NCBI GenBank assembly: GCA_907165135.1 | Contig: OU015567.1 | Coordinates: forward strand, 15,686,001 to 15,750,000 | Direction: 5' to 3' | Source of the DNA: Oikopleura dioica | Lineage: Eukaryota; Animalia; Chordata | DNA length: 64,000 nt | Shown: positions 38,773-52,623 of the stretch, piece after piece | Layout: each line of letters opens with the position of its first letter | Position numbering within the stretch: position 1 is the stretch's first letter | Made by a program: the position numbers and the translations under genes | Notes under the pieces: generated by a model | Databases searched by the model: none | What the model was told of the DNA's origin: nothing | What the model saw: only the letters and a program-made list of their open reading frames with translations

Positions 38773-40288
38773 TTAAAATTTTCTTTGAAAATCCTTAGAT
38801 AAGTTTCGACGCCCTCTGGAATGGTCGGCAGCGTTCTGGTGATTGTCGAAATGTCGATCGGGTAGCGGAAGGGCGGCGGGTTCTTGAGCGGGCTACTCTG
38901 GGCGATCTAAATATTTGAATTGAAATACTCGAAGCACGACTGGGAATGTGCTCTGTTGATTTTCTGTTTATGGCGCGGCACTCGTAGTTGCGATAATACT
39001 CCTTCAAACTTGTACCGAAGCTACCAGCGTTTTGCGCCAATGAGAGTTTGACGAGCCAAGCCAGCCCAGTTTATTAAGGACTGTAGTTGGGAAAAATAAA
39101 GAAAGTACATCCTGGGCTCGGAGCCCTGTGAAGAAAACCTGAGTCAGGCTATGAAAGAGCAGAAAGAGCGTAGCGGCTTCGCATATACTGTATATTATAC
39201 AGTATATCATATACTGTATATGGTATACTCCAATTAGAATTAGGTAGGCGAAACCACTTTGTGGCTAAGTTTATTAAAAATTCGCTTGCGGCTTTTTCTT
39301 AGCTCTTTCAGTGCCTGACTCAGGTTTTTTTCACAGGTTGCCGAGCCCGGATTTACCTCTGATTCCGAGCTTCGCACCCTGTGTACAAAACCTGAGTCAA
39401 GATTCTTAAAGAATCCTTGCTTTCAAATTAAGCCGCAACGCGGCTATTCATTGGTGTTTTTTCCGACCCTGACTCAGCTTTTCTACTCAGGTGGTCGAGC
39501 TCCGTCCCGGAGAAAGTCCGGCTCAAGAATGTTTTTTTTTTAATTTTGCGGCTAAAAAGTTCATGCGCTTGTTTCTCGAGAACCAGTTACCTGGTTTCAT
39601 CGACAAATTTTCGTTTTCTCCTGAGCACCGCTCTTTAAATTTTCATCCGGCGTTTGAAAAAAAAACGAAGCTCGCTTAGCTCATCGTTTTTGTCATTTTG
39701 CTACGTAGAAGCACTTGTATTTTTGCGCCAAAATCCGGGCTCAGGTGATACATACAAGGGCCAGACTCAACTCGTTTTATAATATTTATCAAACAGGGGG
39801 GAACTTACAACAACCATGGTTTAGGCTTATGACTCGCAGGTTTAAGGGCGTGGGTCTTGTTAAACTAGATTTGCGATTTGATTTTTGGAGAGAACTTAAC
39901 ATATTGATGCCCTTATTTTTTATATTTCAAGTTAATTTTTTTTTTCAAAAAGTGTTTTTTCTGTGATTTTAAGGGTGTCAAAGTGTTAATTTTCGAAAAT
40001 AAATTAAATTTAACAATACAGAATTCAATCTTAGTTTTTAAGTAACCATTCATCTGTCTTTTTTTCTGTTTTTATTTTTTCATATCATCTCTATTAATTA
40101 AATTATATTGATAATAAAATTCTAGGAAAAAATAATAATATTCTATTTTTTCAGATTCTTCCAGTTTGACTCGGCGCCTCTTTTCCCCGCTCTCCTCCGC
40201 TTGGTCCTCCGCGCGATCAAATAAGCGCCCGCTGGAAATTTGTCTTTCCATTTTTCACTGCCAGAAAAAAAAAGAGAAAAAAGCTGAA

Positions 40289-43200
40289 ATGTCTCGAATA
40301 ATCGGGCGAACTTTGCGAATTCGGCAGATTTTTTTGAAAGAGCTTCGCCAAAACATAAATCAGCGGAGAAATTTGGGTTTGGCGGCGAATATCGGCGAGT
40401 TTGGAGAAAGAGACGCCTTTATCACCGAAGGGCTGCCTTCTAGAGATGTTCAAGTGGAAGAATTTGCGGCTTATGTGGTCAAGACTCAGACGGATAATGT
40501 CGGAATCGCTTTTCCAGCCACTTTGCAGGGCGGAGCATATGGATTCGGAAAGGTAAGATTTCAAAAATAGTAGTAAATCGCTTTTCCAAAAGTATTTGTA
40601 TTACAAACTTTTGAGTCGATTAAAGGTTTCCCCTTTGATAACCAAAATTAAATTCCTTTAAATTTATGCTTCATTCTGAGTTAAATTTCGCTTCAAAACA
40701 TTAAGGGTATCCCTTGCAAATCAGCGAAAAGATAAATAATTTATCAAAAACTCATTTTTACGATGATAAAACATATCTTAGCGACACCCTTAATATTTTT
40801 ATTCTGAGGATTGCAAGAAGAAATGGTTTTTGCTACTTTAGGCTAAAAATATTAAGGGTATCACCTGGATATGAGTTCTTATTGTGGAAATAAGTTTTTG
40901 AGAAACGATTTATCTTTTCGATGATAAGCTAGAGATACCCTTATTTTTTTAAGTGAAAATTAGCTCAAAATGATGATCGATCTTCTAGGAATCCAAAAAT
41001 ACCCTATAAAGGACCTCCCCACGTTAAAATCTTGGAAGGAAAGCGCTCTGAATGACATAACAGACTGAGTTCAGGTCGGCCGGTTAGATCAGAGCATGAT
41101 CGTAGTGCCCAGCTTCCGCACGCTTCCCGACGGAAAGCTGCTGCAATCGCCGAAGGAAGCCAAATATATTTACAAAATGAAGATAATCTTCGCCAGTCCA
41201 AACTACCCTCTGTACTTTGCGGTTCCGATAGAATTCGGGTTCAACCAGAACACGCTTTTTCATAATCATATATAATACGACATTTCAAAAATATCCTACA
41301 TTAAGGGTATCACTCTTCTCGAACAACTTTTTGCTTTAATCAAAATTAAGGGTATCCCCCGCGTTGTCCTTCCGAATTAGATTTCAGATGAAAAACGCTG
41401 GGGATACCCTTAATTTTTGAATCTCAAAACTATACTCCCTTATTTTTCATTTTTTTAATTATTTCATTTTGTGAACCCTTGAAAAGAGCCTGTCGGAGCA
41501 GTCTACCAGACAGGTATTTCCTTACACCGACCATATCCTTACACCGACCAAATCCTTACACCGACCAATTCCTTACACCGACCAAATTCTGAAAATGGTC
41601 GGTGTAAGGATTTTGGTCGGTGTAAGGAAAATGGAAATGAAATTTTTTCAAAAGCGAAAAATAAAGGTCTTCCCAAAAAAATATCTTACTCTACCCCCAT
41701 TGAGCACTTTTTTTTTAAACATTGAAATATTATATTCTGACTCATAACTAGGGGAAATCACTAATAATTCGACTTTTTTCTGGGCTTAGTAGGGTGAGCA
41801 TATAATACAGTTTTAGAAAGCTCAGGAGCTGGAGATCATTTTCATTTTTGAGAGGGGGGATGATTTCGTACCCTGAGGGCATTTAGGTACCTCTGAAGTC
41901 CCGAAATCTGGCCAATTTCGGAAATGGAAATTTTTGAAGCCCTAACTAAGCTTTTGAAAGGCTGCCTACTAGCCTAGATTGTAGCCTAGGCCCTGGCGGT
42001 CATTGGCGAGCCCAAGAAAACCTGGGAGGGGGTGAGTCCAGGGTTTGAAATCTGAAAATTTTGCGTGAGCACGAGCACGCGTGAGCACGACTGTGCTCTA
42101 TAAATTATAGACTATAATCGGTGAGCATGAGCACGCGTGAGCACGAGGGGCCCAGAATTCTGTGAGCATGAGCACGCGTGAGCATGCTCATCGAGCTCAC
42201 TCACGTGCTCGTGAGCTCGTCAGATTTCAAACCCTGGGTGAGTCTGGGGGGAGCTAGAGGCTCTTGAAGTTGGGGAACTCGACAGGAAATGAGCACTTTT
42301 TCCCAAAAAGTACATGATTTGTGTCACACATGCCGCATGTGTAGGGAAACTCGATGAAAATTGAGCTTCTTTTCTGGGCTTAGTGGGGGGACATATAATA
42401 CAGTTTTAGAAAGCCCAGAAGCTGGGGATCATTTTGACTATCATTTTTCATCGAGTTTCCCTACGCATGTGACATGCGTTACAAAAACTATTTATAGATG
42501 TTTATTCTTTTAAAAATCTTAAAGATGTCATTTCGGGTCATTTGAGGTCAGATCGGTTCCCTTATCGGAATTTTCTAAATTTCTCATATTTCTTTACCAA
42601 GAGTGACCTCAGATGACCCCAAATGACATCTTTAAGATTTTTAAATGAATAAACATCTATAAATGGTCTTTGTAATGCATTTGTGACACAAGTCATGTAC
42701 TTTTTTGGATAGTGCTCATTTCCTGTCGAGTTCCCCAACTTCAAGAGCCCCTAGTACCAAATCCTTACACCGACCACTTTCAGAATTTGGTCGGTGTAAG
42801 GATTTTGGTCGGTGTAAGGAATTGGTCGGTGTAAGGATATGGTCGGTGTAAGGACATACCACCAGACATTCAACGAATTCGAAAAAGAAATGTTCGACTC
42901 TTCAAACATCGTCCCAATCGAAGGAAAAGAAGAAGAACTCGCCCAATTGATCGAAAACGACATTACGAGTAATTTGACTAACAAGCTGGAAAGATTCGAC
43001 ACTCGGTAATTAAATTATAAAATCCGAACACCGCAGATAAGTCCAGAAGTAGCTCCGTTCTAGCTCGATTCTCGCGCTCCCAGGGGCGATAACGCTTTTT
43101 ACTATGAAAGTCGACCGCCTAATGATAAGGGTACTTCTTCGTTGAGGTGAGAGAGCTCACTTTCCTTATCACGGACGATGGGCCATCGTCGATGGCTTTC

Positions 43201-44736
43201 TCCATTAATATTATTATCATATTTTAACATAATCTTCACTTTTAACCCTTACGCACGGCGAATTCCAGCAAGGGGCTTTTTTCGTCAGTAGCTTTTCTGT
43301 CATAAAAATACTTGAAGAATATACGCTTCAAAAAATGGATAGTGTTGTAGCCAATCAGAAGCTTATTTTCTATTTTCTACAGCGGTATCTCTTGATAATG
43401 AATACTTTCATCCAGCTTATTATGTGTCGAGCGTTTTCCTTTTGAAATTCCAAAAGGATAACTCGGATTTTTGTTATCTCGAGTACATTTAGTAGGTAAA
43501 TTTACTGAAAATTTTCATCTAGCTCTCCGATTGGCTGATTTTTAAAAAATTCTTATTGAAAATCGACCAATCAGGGTTAGGATGAAAATTTTCGTTATAA
43601 AAGCAACCTTCTGTAGAAAACTCAAAAAGGCACAGTGAAATGATTTTCTAGAGCAACAATCGCCTTCTTCGAAAACTTTAGCTCAACATCTAGTCACTTG
43701 TAATCCACCCTTAGAGACACTCTGTCAACAAGAGTGCTTCTCGAGAAAGCTACTAATTCCTTTTTGTATCGAAAAAAAAAATACAAGAAAAAGAAACAAT
43801 CAATTACATCAAAAATGAAAAGCGAAAAAAACGTGCTTGATTCTGCTTCCTTCGAATTAAGTTTCAGCTCCAAAGTGTTTGTTTTGGAGCTTGCTTACAC
43901 TTTTCTTTTCCCCGGAATCAAAATATAAAACACTCGAATTGTAATTGCTTCCAATTAACAGATAAATGAAAAAGAAACATGAACTGAAATGTTCGATTGT
44001 ATTTTGAACATAAGTGCTTTCCGCTTAAGTTTAATTATAATCAATTTCTTGGGAAAATAAAGCTTTCAGATTTAGGCTCGGCAACCTGTGTGGAAACCTA
44101 AGTCAGGCTCACACAGGTTGCCGCGCTCAGCTTGGTCAAATTAGAAGAAGATTTTTGATTGGCGAAAGCTTTTTTTCTTTTGAAAAATGTCTCCACAAAG
44201 TGGTTTTTTTTTCACACAAAAAATTCTTTTTGGAAATATTTTTCAAAAAACGAAAAGCTTTCGCCAATCAAAAGTCGAGATTTTACCATCATCAAAAATA
44301 TTTTTCAGTTGGGAGCCGAACTACCGAGGAATGCCAATGGAGCCCCAAGGAATCGACGAAAACATCGAATTTTTCATCCCCGTCCTGAAAGAACTCGAAC
44401 AAGTGCTCTGGAAATACGGAATCAAAATGAGCATCACGCGCGACGAGATTCTGTACAACAAAGTAGGAAAGCAAGAAAAGAACTTTTCAATTTTGGTTTT
44501 AGGTGACGCTTTATTTGCTGGCTCCACCAATTTCGAGCAAAAGCAGAAAAGTGGCGATAAGAACGTTTCGGATCAGCAAACGATCTCCGCATCTTGATTT
44601 GCTCCGAGAAATCAAAAAGATTGGAATCCCGATTTCCCAAAAGTGGCTCCCCAAAATGAACGAACTTGAACATATCGACATGGAAATGGCCAATAATTAT
44701 TATACTAAGGAACGGAGGATTCAGATTGTGGATTAA
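40289..44736 (+). CDS. Multi-exon gene of unknown function; Arg-rich N-terminus resembling a mitochondrial presequence; one exon interrupted by a transposon
   Basis: Exons MSRIIGRTLRIRQIFLKELRQ..GAYGFGK|GT (40289-40551), ~40989-41250, PVGAVYQT/FNEFEKEMFD..ERFDTR (41486-43005, split by an insertion), WEPNYRGMPMEPQGIDENIEFF..LYNK|GT (44309-44462), VTLYLL..RIQIVD* (44503-44736). Not all phases reconcile. Confidence 0.55.
41513..42860. mobile_element. Non-autonomous TIR transposon with CCTTACACCGACCA terminal arrays (GG termini, 8-bp TSD; Merlin/Mutator-foldback-like)
   Basis: TSD ACCAGACA at 41505-41512 and 42861-42868; arrays of 17-18 bp repeats inverted at both ends. Confidence 0.85.
42039..42236. 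mobile_element. hAT-like MITE with GTGAGCA(C/T)GAGCACGC repeats, nested in the previous element
   Basis: 8-bp TSD GGTGAGTC; TIR CAGGGTTTGAAATCTGA / TCAGATTTCAAACCCTG. Confidence 0.88.
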
Positions 44737-45259
44737 ATTTAGACAAAAATAGTCAGGGACTCTTATTATCTTACAAAAGCGTCCGAAAACGGGAATCATG
44801 ACCCTGACTCAGGTTTCTACATAGTACAAGTATTGGAGCATAGCTCTGGTCTGGAAGCCCTGTGTAAAAAACCCTGAGTCAGGCTCTGAAAGGTCTCTAA
44901 TTGACCTTAGGCGGCTTCTTATTAGAGACCTTTAAGACCCTGACTCAGGTTTTAAACAGTGGTTTCGGAGGCCCCGCTCTAAGCTCTGCTACTATAGAAA
45001 CCTTAGTCAGGGTCATCATTCCTGTTTTCGGACGCTTCTGTTAAAAAATAAGAGTCCGAAAAAATCCCTGACCCTGTGTCTGACCCATATTATTATTTAC
45101 TAAGACCCTGATTTGATAGCACAGGGCCTGAGTGATTGAAAGTGGTCCTGAGTATTCTTTGATTTTGTTCCTGAAACTCGCTCTTCTGGGAAAATAAAAA
45201 CGTTGTGGAACATCCGCCCAGTTATAATTTAAGACACATGTCGCTCTGATCATACAAAT

Positions 45260-48200
45260 CAGAGCTGATCTAAATATTTACGCCAAGTTTTTCGGCCACT
45301 ACTTTTTCGACCACAAACGCAAACATAACGATGTGTAAAACTTGTTTACTCTGACTCACGGAACTGGTTCTGCGTCTTGCTCTACATTTTTGAGTTTAGA
45401 ACTCGAAGTTCGGATTCTTTCGAAAGATAAGACCGTCAACCCCGTTTTCGGACGAGCACTCTAGGGCTAGTCTGCCAGTCAAGCTCTTTGGTCTAAGACC
45501 TTGACTTCCAGATTCGCCCTTGAATTGATTCCTCGGAAAAAAGGTTGAGGGCCTCATCTTGACGGTCTCTTATTTTTTATCTTGATAACGAAAATTCGCC
45601 TCGGTTCTAAAACAGGACAACGACTTGGAATGAAATAATGATTCATGAATCAGCATTACTCTTTTTTCGGTTGAGTTTAACATAGTGACACCCTTATTTT
45701 ATTACAACAAAACGAGGGTGCTGGGCCCGGCGATCTGAGTCAGTGTCTGAAAGAGCTAAAATAAATAGCCGCGTAGGTTCGCGGCTTCGATTCTTAAAAA
45801 GCCGCTAAGCGGCTTTTCATTTTAGCTCTTTCAGGCTCTCACTCAGGTTTTCTACCTTGATTGCCGAGCCCAGTAAGTGTGTCTCAAAATAAGTTTTGAG
45901 GAAAATAAAATATGGAGTTTTTCAATTTAGCATACTGTTGCATATTTTTGTACTGTTAGATTATTCCTATGAATCCTCGAAAAGCGTCTAATCGATATCG
46001 GGGAAGAAAGAATGGAAATTCTGAAAGTGCTCCAGACGCGGGACAAAAAGTACCGAACAAAAGTGTCCGACTTCCGCGGTTTCTCGCAGAATCAGCGCAA
46101 AATCCAAGACGAGCTAGAATGGCTCGCCCTTACGACAACCGACCATCGAGACGATACCGTTTTACTTATCGAGTAAGTGTCTTATCAGCTTCCAAGCTCG
46201 GGCGGGGCTCAATTTTGGGTAATTTCGCCTCTTGAGTTGAGGGTCAATTCTGAATTCAGCATTTCTATTTTTGGCTAGGGCACAGATCGCCGACCGGATT
46301 TAATTGACGATCTTTTATGTTAAGTTAGCATTGTGACCCCCTTATTTTATCTTCTCAAAATTACAATCCCAATTCATTCCCTAGGTAAGCCAGAAAGCTG
46401 ATTATTTAAGGGAGTAGACATCAATATCCAGATTTTCGCTTTGAGTTTTTTCCTTTTTTATAACAAAGTGACACCCTTATCTTTTGTTCAAAAAGTAATA
46501 AAGAACCTAATTATGGGCTCTATATTTTTTCGATATCGATTCGAAGAAATCTAATCGAAAATCTGCTCATTGATGTCTACCCCTTAAATAATCCGGCCTA
46601 TTTGACCTAAGGAATGCATTGAGATCAAATTCAAATTTCGGAAAAAAAAAGAAATTTTTATCAACCCCCGTTTAATTTCGAACCAAAATCTCCTCTCCCG
46701 TCTTTCTAATCGATGGTACTATGCATATCACCTTTCCAAGACTAAAATTACAATAGTCTTCTCTCATATCGCGGTTTCCAAAACACAGTTGTCGACAGTT
46801 CTACTATCTCCGCGCTCTTGTGACGTGCAGAATAGAACACGGTCAACGAAATAAGAAACTGTTTCTTTTTTTTTCCAAAAAGGAATAATACAGCAGTCGA
46901 ACTGAATGATAAGCATTAATTGTTTACGAGACGGAGGAAAATTTTGTGGTCGAGGAAAAGAAAAAACTATCTAGATTTTTTTGTTTTTGCGAGTTTTAAA
47001 TAAAACGTGCTCAGACAGATTTTTGATAAACAGAAATAGTCTTCTGAGCACGTTTTACATCTTTGTCCATCCTTATATAAGGCAAAGCATTGCAAGTTGC
47101 AGCCTGTGTAGAAAACCTGAGTCAGGTTCTGAAGCCGCAAAGCTTCTCAAAAAGCTGCTTTTTGAACCCTCACTCAGGTTTTCTACGCAGTTTGCTCAGC
47201 CAAGATATCAGGGTGTGAAGGGGTTCTATTTGAGACACAAAGTTTTGAAAGTCTCATTTTTGCTTTTCAAAACTTTATTTCCGAAAATGTAGAAAACAGA
47301 TCGATCAGTTTATTTGTTTTCTACATTTTCTTATAAAAATCCGACGATTTCGGTATCGATCAGTTTCTTTTTGGACATGAATGGTACCGAAAACGGGTGG
47401 TCTTAGTAATTGACAAAATAATTTCGAGAAATTTTGCGTGGGCGGCTAATCGGGTGCTGATTGGCCGGTTTGCCGAATCCAGGCTTTTGAGTGGTTGAAA
47501 ATTTCACACAAAATTTGTCAAATTTTTGTCGCTACCAGACACATCTCCCCGAACTTCTTTTTACGGATGACATGTTCATGCTACAATAAGTATCTACACG
47601 TAGAACTGCGTCTTATTCACTTATGTAACACGTATTTTCAGCGCGGAAAGTACGATGTCGCGGGAGCAGGCAATGTCTGTCAAAAAGTTTGACAATGGCC
47701 TCCGCGAGCTTTGCGTTCACACCGTCGACATGCAGATGTATTATCCGATTAGGGAAGATTTTACGAAGCATTTTTCGAATACCTTCGTCCTCACTCAAAA
47801 ACAGAAGTCTTTGGTCTCGTTTCAGGAGAATAGAATCTCACCTGCAATTACTCTCAAGTTCCGGGCTTCCCTTCTTTTTAAATTTTTATATTTTTTATAG
47901 TATTTTATTAAAAATATTTCAAACAAGAGATATATAACTCAGAAACCCTTAATTTTCAAAAATATTTTCCTCTTAGCTCGGAAACCTGTGTAAAAAACCT
48001 GAGTCAGGGTCCTAAAAGAGCATTTTTTAAGCTTTTCAGGATCCTGAATCAGGTTTTCTGCACAGGCTGCCGAGCCTAGATGAAAATAATTTTGGAAATT
48101 AAGGGTATAGACAAGGTAGATTCTCCCTACTTCAAAAAATGCATTTCCAATGGAATGGCCGACCTTTACTTAATTTTCTTCTGTGTAAATTAAGTTAAGG

Positions 48201-51200
48201 CTGGCCATTTCTACGGAAGTGCATTTTTTTAAGAAGGTAGAATCTACCTAGTCAATACCCTTAATTTTCCCTATTTTACTTTGGGCTTGGCAGCCTGTGT
48301 ACAAAACCTGAGTCAGGGTCCTGAATTTATAAAAAAAGCCGAATTCAGTTATTAAAACTGGTTTTCAGCTTCCTAAATCAGAATCCTGACTCAGGTTTTC
48401 TACACAGGTTCCCAAGCCCAGAGTAGAAATAAGGGAAAATTAAGGGTATCGACTAGGTAGATTCTACCTTCTTGAAAAAATGCACTTCCGTAGAAATGGC
48501 CGACCTTAACTTAATTTTCTTCTGTGTTTGAAATGAACTGCCTTTATCCGTTCAAAAAGTACAGGTGGGGAAGCCTCTCTAAAGCAACATTTTGACGCGA
48601 GTGGAAATATGGTTGGCCCGAGCCAATGTTATTTCAGTGTGATAGAGCCGCGCATTGCCCTCGATAACAACGAAGTGGTGCAGGTGCGTTTATGTAAAAT
48701 TTATTAACGCGTTTTTTCCATTGACTTTAATAATGGCCATTTATTTTAACTCCAAACGTAGATTCAATTTATTTTAAGAAAAATGCTCCCGAGAACCCTA
48801 ATTAAGTTTTATTCCGTTGGAATAGTAAAATAATTTAATTCCAGAAATAATTCTCAAAAATGTGCATTAAAACCCGACTTTTTTAGTAGAAACATCATTA
48901 ATCGGGTTGTTATTTCAAGGTTATCATAGTGACACCCTTATCTCATTTCACCAAATCAAAGTTCAAACACTAATCTAGTACCTCTGGAAGCTGAAATTCC
49001 AAATTCTGGTTATAATTTTTGACAAAATTTTCAATCAAAATTGCCCTTTTTTGCTAAAACTTTGTCAAAATGGCGAATTTTGAGTGAAAATTTTGTGAAA
49101 TTTTTTTCCAAAATTAAAATTTGTGATTTTCGAGGAACTAGATAAAGACGATTTTCAATAAGGATTTCTGAGTGAAATTCTTACCCCCCTTTTTTATTAG
49201 CTCATTTGAAAGAGCGTAAAAAGTTATGCCAGATTCCACCGAAAAAGGGTGAAATTTTTGAACTTATGACGTCATAGCACGTGATTGAAGTTCCAAAAGT
49301 ACCTTTTCTTCCGGACATCGGCATTTCCGACTACTCTAAGGTAAGCAGGCATGCGATACATGAAAATGATCGTCTTCTCGAGCTTTAAGGTTGGAACTTT
49401 CTTTTGGTGAAATAAAATAAGGGTGTCACTATGTTAACTTTCATATAAAAATCGCATATTTTGATCCGTACCCCCATATTTTTAACAGTATTTTTTTTGA
49501 AAAAGGTACTTGAATTTCGCGGATCAGCATTTTAGAAGTCAAAAAAATGTGAATCTCATTGAGCTTTTTTCGCGAAATTGAATCAACGCGCAAAATTGAA
49601 TCACTAAAACACAAACGTTTAGATCTTGCGCGAGCGAAATCCCTTCGTCAATTTCGTCACGGCCGCGAAAATGCCCATCAACCCTCAGCCAAAAGGCGAG
49701 ATTAACGAATTCCAGCGACTCCGGTTAGAATCAGTCGGCGTCGATTATACCGAAGTCGAGGAGAATTACAAAATGCTGGCCGAGCTTCTCATTGATCTCA
49801 AACTGCCAGACATGGAGCGGGTCAGTTTTTTGAACAAAAATGGACTCAGCATTGATCACGTGAAACACTCGATGAACCAGTTCAAGCAGCTTCAACTTGG
49901 CAAGAATATTCCAATGGAAAGAAATGATATTCGTAAGTTCAAAATGAGATCTCTTTCTAGAGCTTGCTTTCAATAGCAGGGTTTCTGATTGGTAGAGCCG
50001 AAATTTGCGGCTCGACCAATAAGAATGCTTGATGGGAAAAGTCGTTATTCAAAAAATCTTCTGTAGATATGACGAATATGAGTCATTTTCCGATTTTCCC
50101 CATCAAGCATTCTCATTGGTCGAGCCGCGAATTTCGTTTTAGCCAATCAGAAACCCTGTTTTTGAAGGAAATCTCTCAAAAAGTCATTATATTTTTGCCG
50201 AGGCGAAAAATACCATCATTCTCAGAGCTGACTGACCGAGTCAATTTGTTATGTAATAGCTCTGCTGCGGAGGACCTCCGCCTGCTGGAAGACCTGATCC
50301 TGGGAGAGCTCAAAAGTCTAGAAAAGACTTTTTCGACTCCGGAAAAGAAATACCGAAATCTGTTTTGAAGAAATACTTTCATGTATAATAATTTTGAAAT
50401 TTAAATGATATTACCACGTGGCTCTCGGAGGACCTTTCTGGAGGACACAGTAAGCTGGAAGAAATATCTGGTGGAAGAGACCAAACATTGATGTTATTTT
50501 ATTTGACCTTTTTTGGTCATGTGATTTTGGAGGACCCCTTCTTTTGGAGGACTTATTCTTCTGGAAGACCAATACTCTTACTGGAAGAATTTTTAAAAAT
50601 ATTTTTGAAAATTTTGTCGCAATTTTTTAAATAAAAAGTCTATTTTCGCCTTCTTATCTATCCCCACTTGACACCTTCGACGTCATATGATATGACTCAT
50701 ATCGTTATGATTATTCAATTTATTTAATTCATTTTAAATGTTCTTTTCATTTTGTGAAAAGTCTTCCAGGAAATCAGGTCTTCCACCCGGTAAATCCTCC
50801 AGCATTAGGGTCCTCCGAGGTCCTCCGAGATCACGTGGATAAAATGTTCATTGTATTATATAATCTTCTTAAAGAATTATAAAGAATAAATTATTTATTG
50901 GTCTTCCAGCAAAGTGGATCTTCCATTGGAGGAGTCCTCCGGAACAGAAGGGTCCTCCAAGGTCACGTGGTCAAAAAATGACCGAAAAATTCTAGATGTT
51001 AGACTTTATGCCAATGATTATTCGTCTTCCAGCAAAGAGGTCTTCCAGCAAAAAGGTCTTCCAGTAGAAAAAGTCCTCCAGGGGTCCTCCAAGATGTCAC
51101 GTGGTCGAAAAAGCCTAATTGATAAGAGTTATCATAGGTTCAACCTTCGGTCTAAGTATTGTGGTCGGAGGACCTTTCTGTGAGAACCCAGTCAAACTCG

Positions 51201-51751
51201 CTCCGCCCACGCAATTCGTTTGGACAAAATTTGCATTGTAAAATGTCCAAACGATTTGACAGCCTAGGGGGTCGGTCAGTCAGGAATGATAATCGCGGTA
51301 ATGATCTCTTTTCATCGGAAACAGTCGTTATTTTGAGTATTTCTCAAGAATTAACCGTATGTTTCTAGTTGGAATCAACGAATCAATGTCCCTGCCGCTT
51401 CGTCTATCAGACATGCTCATGTACCGATTCATCCTGGAAAACTGCGACGAAAGCGAATTCGACTTTCTCGAACGAATGAAAGTCTTCTCTCCCGTCAAAA
51501 AGCGCGTCAGAATCGATGGCGAACTCGAATTAACCCAACTTTTCAACGCGAGCTGGACAGCTCCGATGAGAAAACCGCTAGATTTCTATTTGCACATGGT
51601 TCTCCGGCGAATCATTCACCGCCAAAGCCGGCAGAAGATGAAGGACCGGATCAGAAGAGAGAAGGGAACCGAGAAGAACGAAATCGACCCCCATTTGCTC
51701 AAAATCTTGAGAAAGCATTTAATGTCTGCCCAGGTTTCAACGAATACATGA
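45260..51751 (+). CDS. Multi-exon gene of unknown function (5' end uncertain)
   Basis: Coding-like exons ADLNIYAKFFGHYFFDHKRKHND (~45262-45332), NSKFGFFRKIRPSTPF.. (~45400-45542), MSREQAMSVKKFDNGLRELCV.. (~47640-47860), ..ASGNMVGPSQCYFSVIEPRIALDNNEVVQ|GT (~48565-48683), ILRERNPFVNF..RNDI|GT (49623-49932), ~50200-50345, and last exon VGINESMSLPL..QVSTNT* (51369-51751). Confidence 0.5.
46410..46583. mobile_element. Short TTAA|GG-ended (Kolobok-like) MITE
   Basis: TTAA-GGGAGTAGACATCAAT ... ATTGATGTCTACCCC-TTAA. Similar TTAAGGG..CCCTTAA units at ~40700-40792, ~41347-41413 and ~48099-48264. Confidence 0.65.
49978..50158. mobile_element. Intronic hairpin MITE
   Basis: Arms CAGGGTTTCTGATTGG..GCGGCTCGACCAAT..GAATGCTTGATGGGAAAA and reverse complement. 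Confidence 0.65.
50400..51125. repeat. Degenerate foldback built of GGAGGACC/CTGGAAGA motifs (left) and their reverse complements (right)
   Basis: Motif polarity flips around ~50690; CACGTG/CATGTG companions on both sides. Confidence 0.55.
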
Positions 51752-52623
51752 GTCCTTTCTCCTTTCTGACGAGTCAATCTTTGAGTGTCGTTTTGTTTAC
51801 GCACCGTTTGATTCTTGTTTTTCAAACACTTGCATATCGCACTTTTCACTTTTTCAAAAACATTGAAATTAGCAGTTTATCACTCAATACTTTGTTCGAG
51901 CCATAACTGTACAAATGACAGTCTTAATAACAGCTTGATCTGTTTTCACAAAATATTTTTGTCGTCTTATTTTTGTCATGTTTAAATGCAGTCAAAATAT
52001 TACTGGCTTACTGGAAGATTACTGTGCAAACTCAACAGCAGTGAAAGTTGAATAGGAATTAAAATTTTCTAAAAACATTAAGGGGGTAATCAACGTATAA
52101 GAGCTTTTTTGCACTGAAGTTTTCTTTGATTTTACCTTGTGACAACCTTATTCTAATATCCAACAGTAAAATATCAACCTTAAACTCCTTCCCTAAACAT
52201 CTTGAATCTGAGATTTATCGTCCTCTACCCCCTTAATTTAACAAAGAAAAAACAGTAACAGTTCCAATTTGCCCCTCAAACCAGCAATAGAAGCAATTTT
52301 CCATTGATAAGCTAAAATTCGTTACGGCTATCTTTGTGTTTATCCTCCAAAGTTCAAAGAGTTCTAAATAATTCCGCTGCTTCCGGGCTGCTCTATCCAG
52401 TAATCTCCCTGTAGCGTCGTACTACTATTTTGACTTTTGCTTTTCTCTTATTGTTCAAAACCAAAATTGTTGACGTTCCAACCAGAATCAGATAGAAACC
52501 AGAACCGCAGAAGATAAGGCCGAAGACAATTATCGAAAACTCAAAAAAAAAACGGATTGATAGGTTGTTTGCATTTTTAGCCAGCTCAGTTCATTTTGGC
52601 AGAAAAAATAAAAATATAAAAAA

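Noticed and set aside
38795-39210. Minus-strand ORFs in a GC-richer patch
   Set aside because: Possibly exonic, but no consistent spliced frame or recognisable product could be built.
41519-41630. CCTTACACCGACCA repeats resembling a CRISPR array
   Set aside because: Spacers are only 3-4 nt, the array is inverted at the other end of an element with an 8-bp TSD, and the context is eukaryotic.
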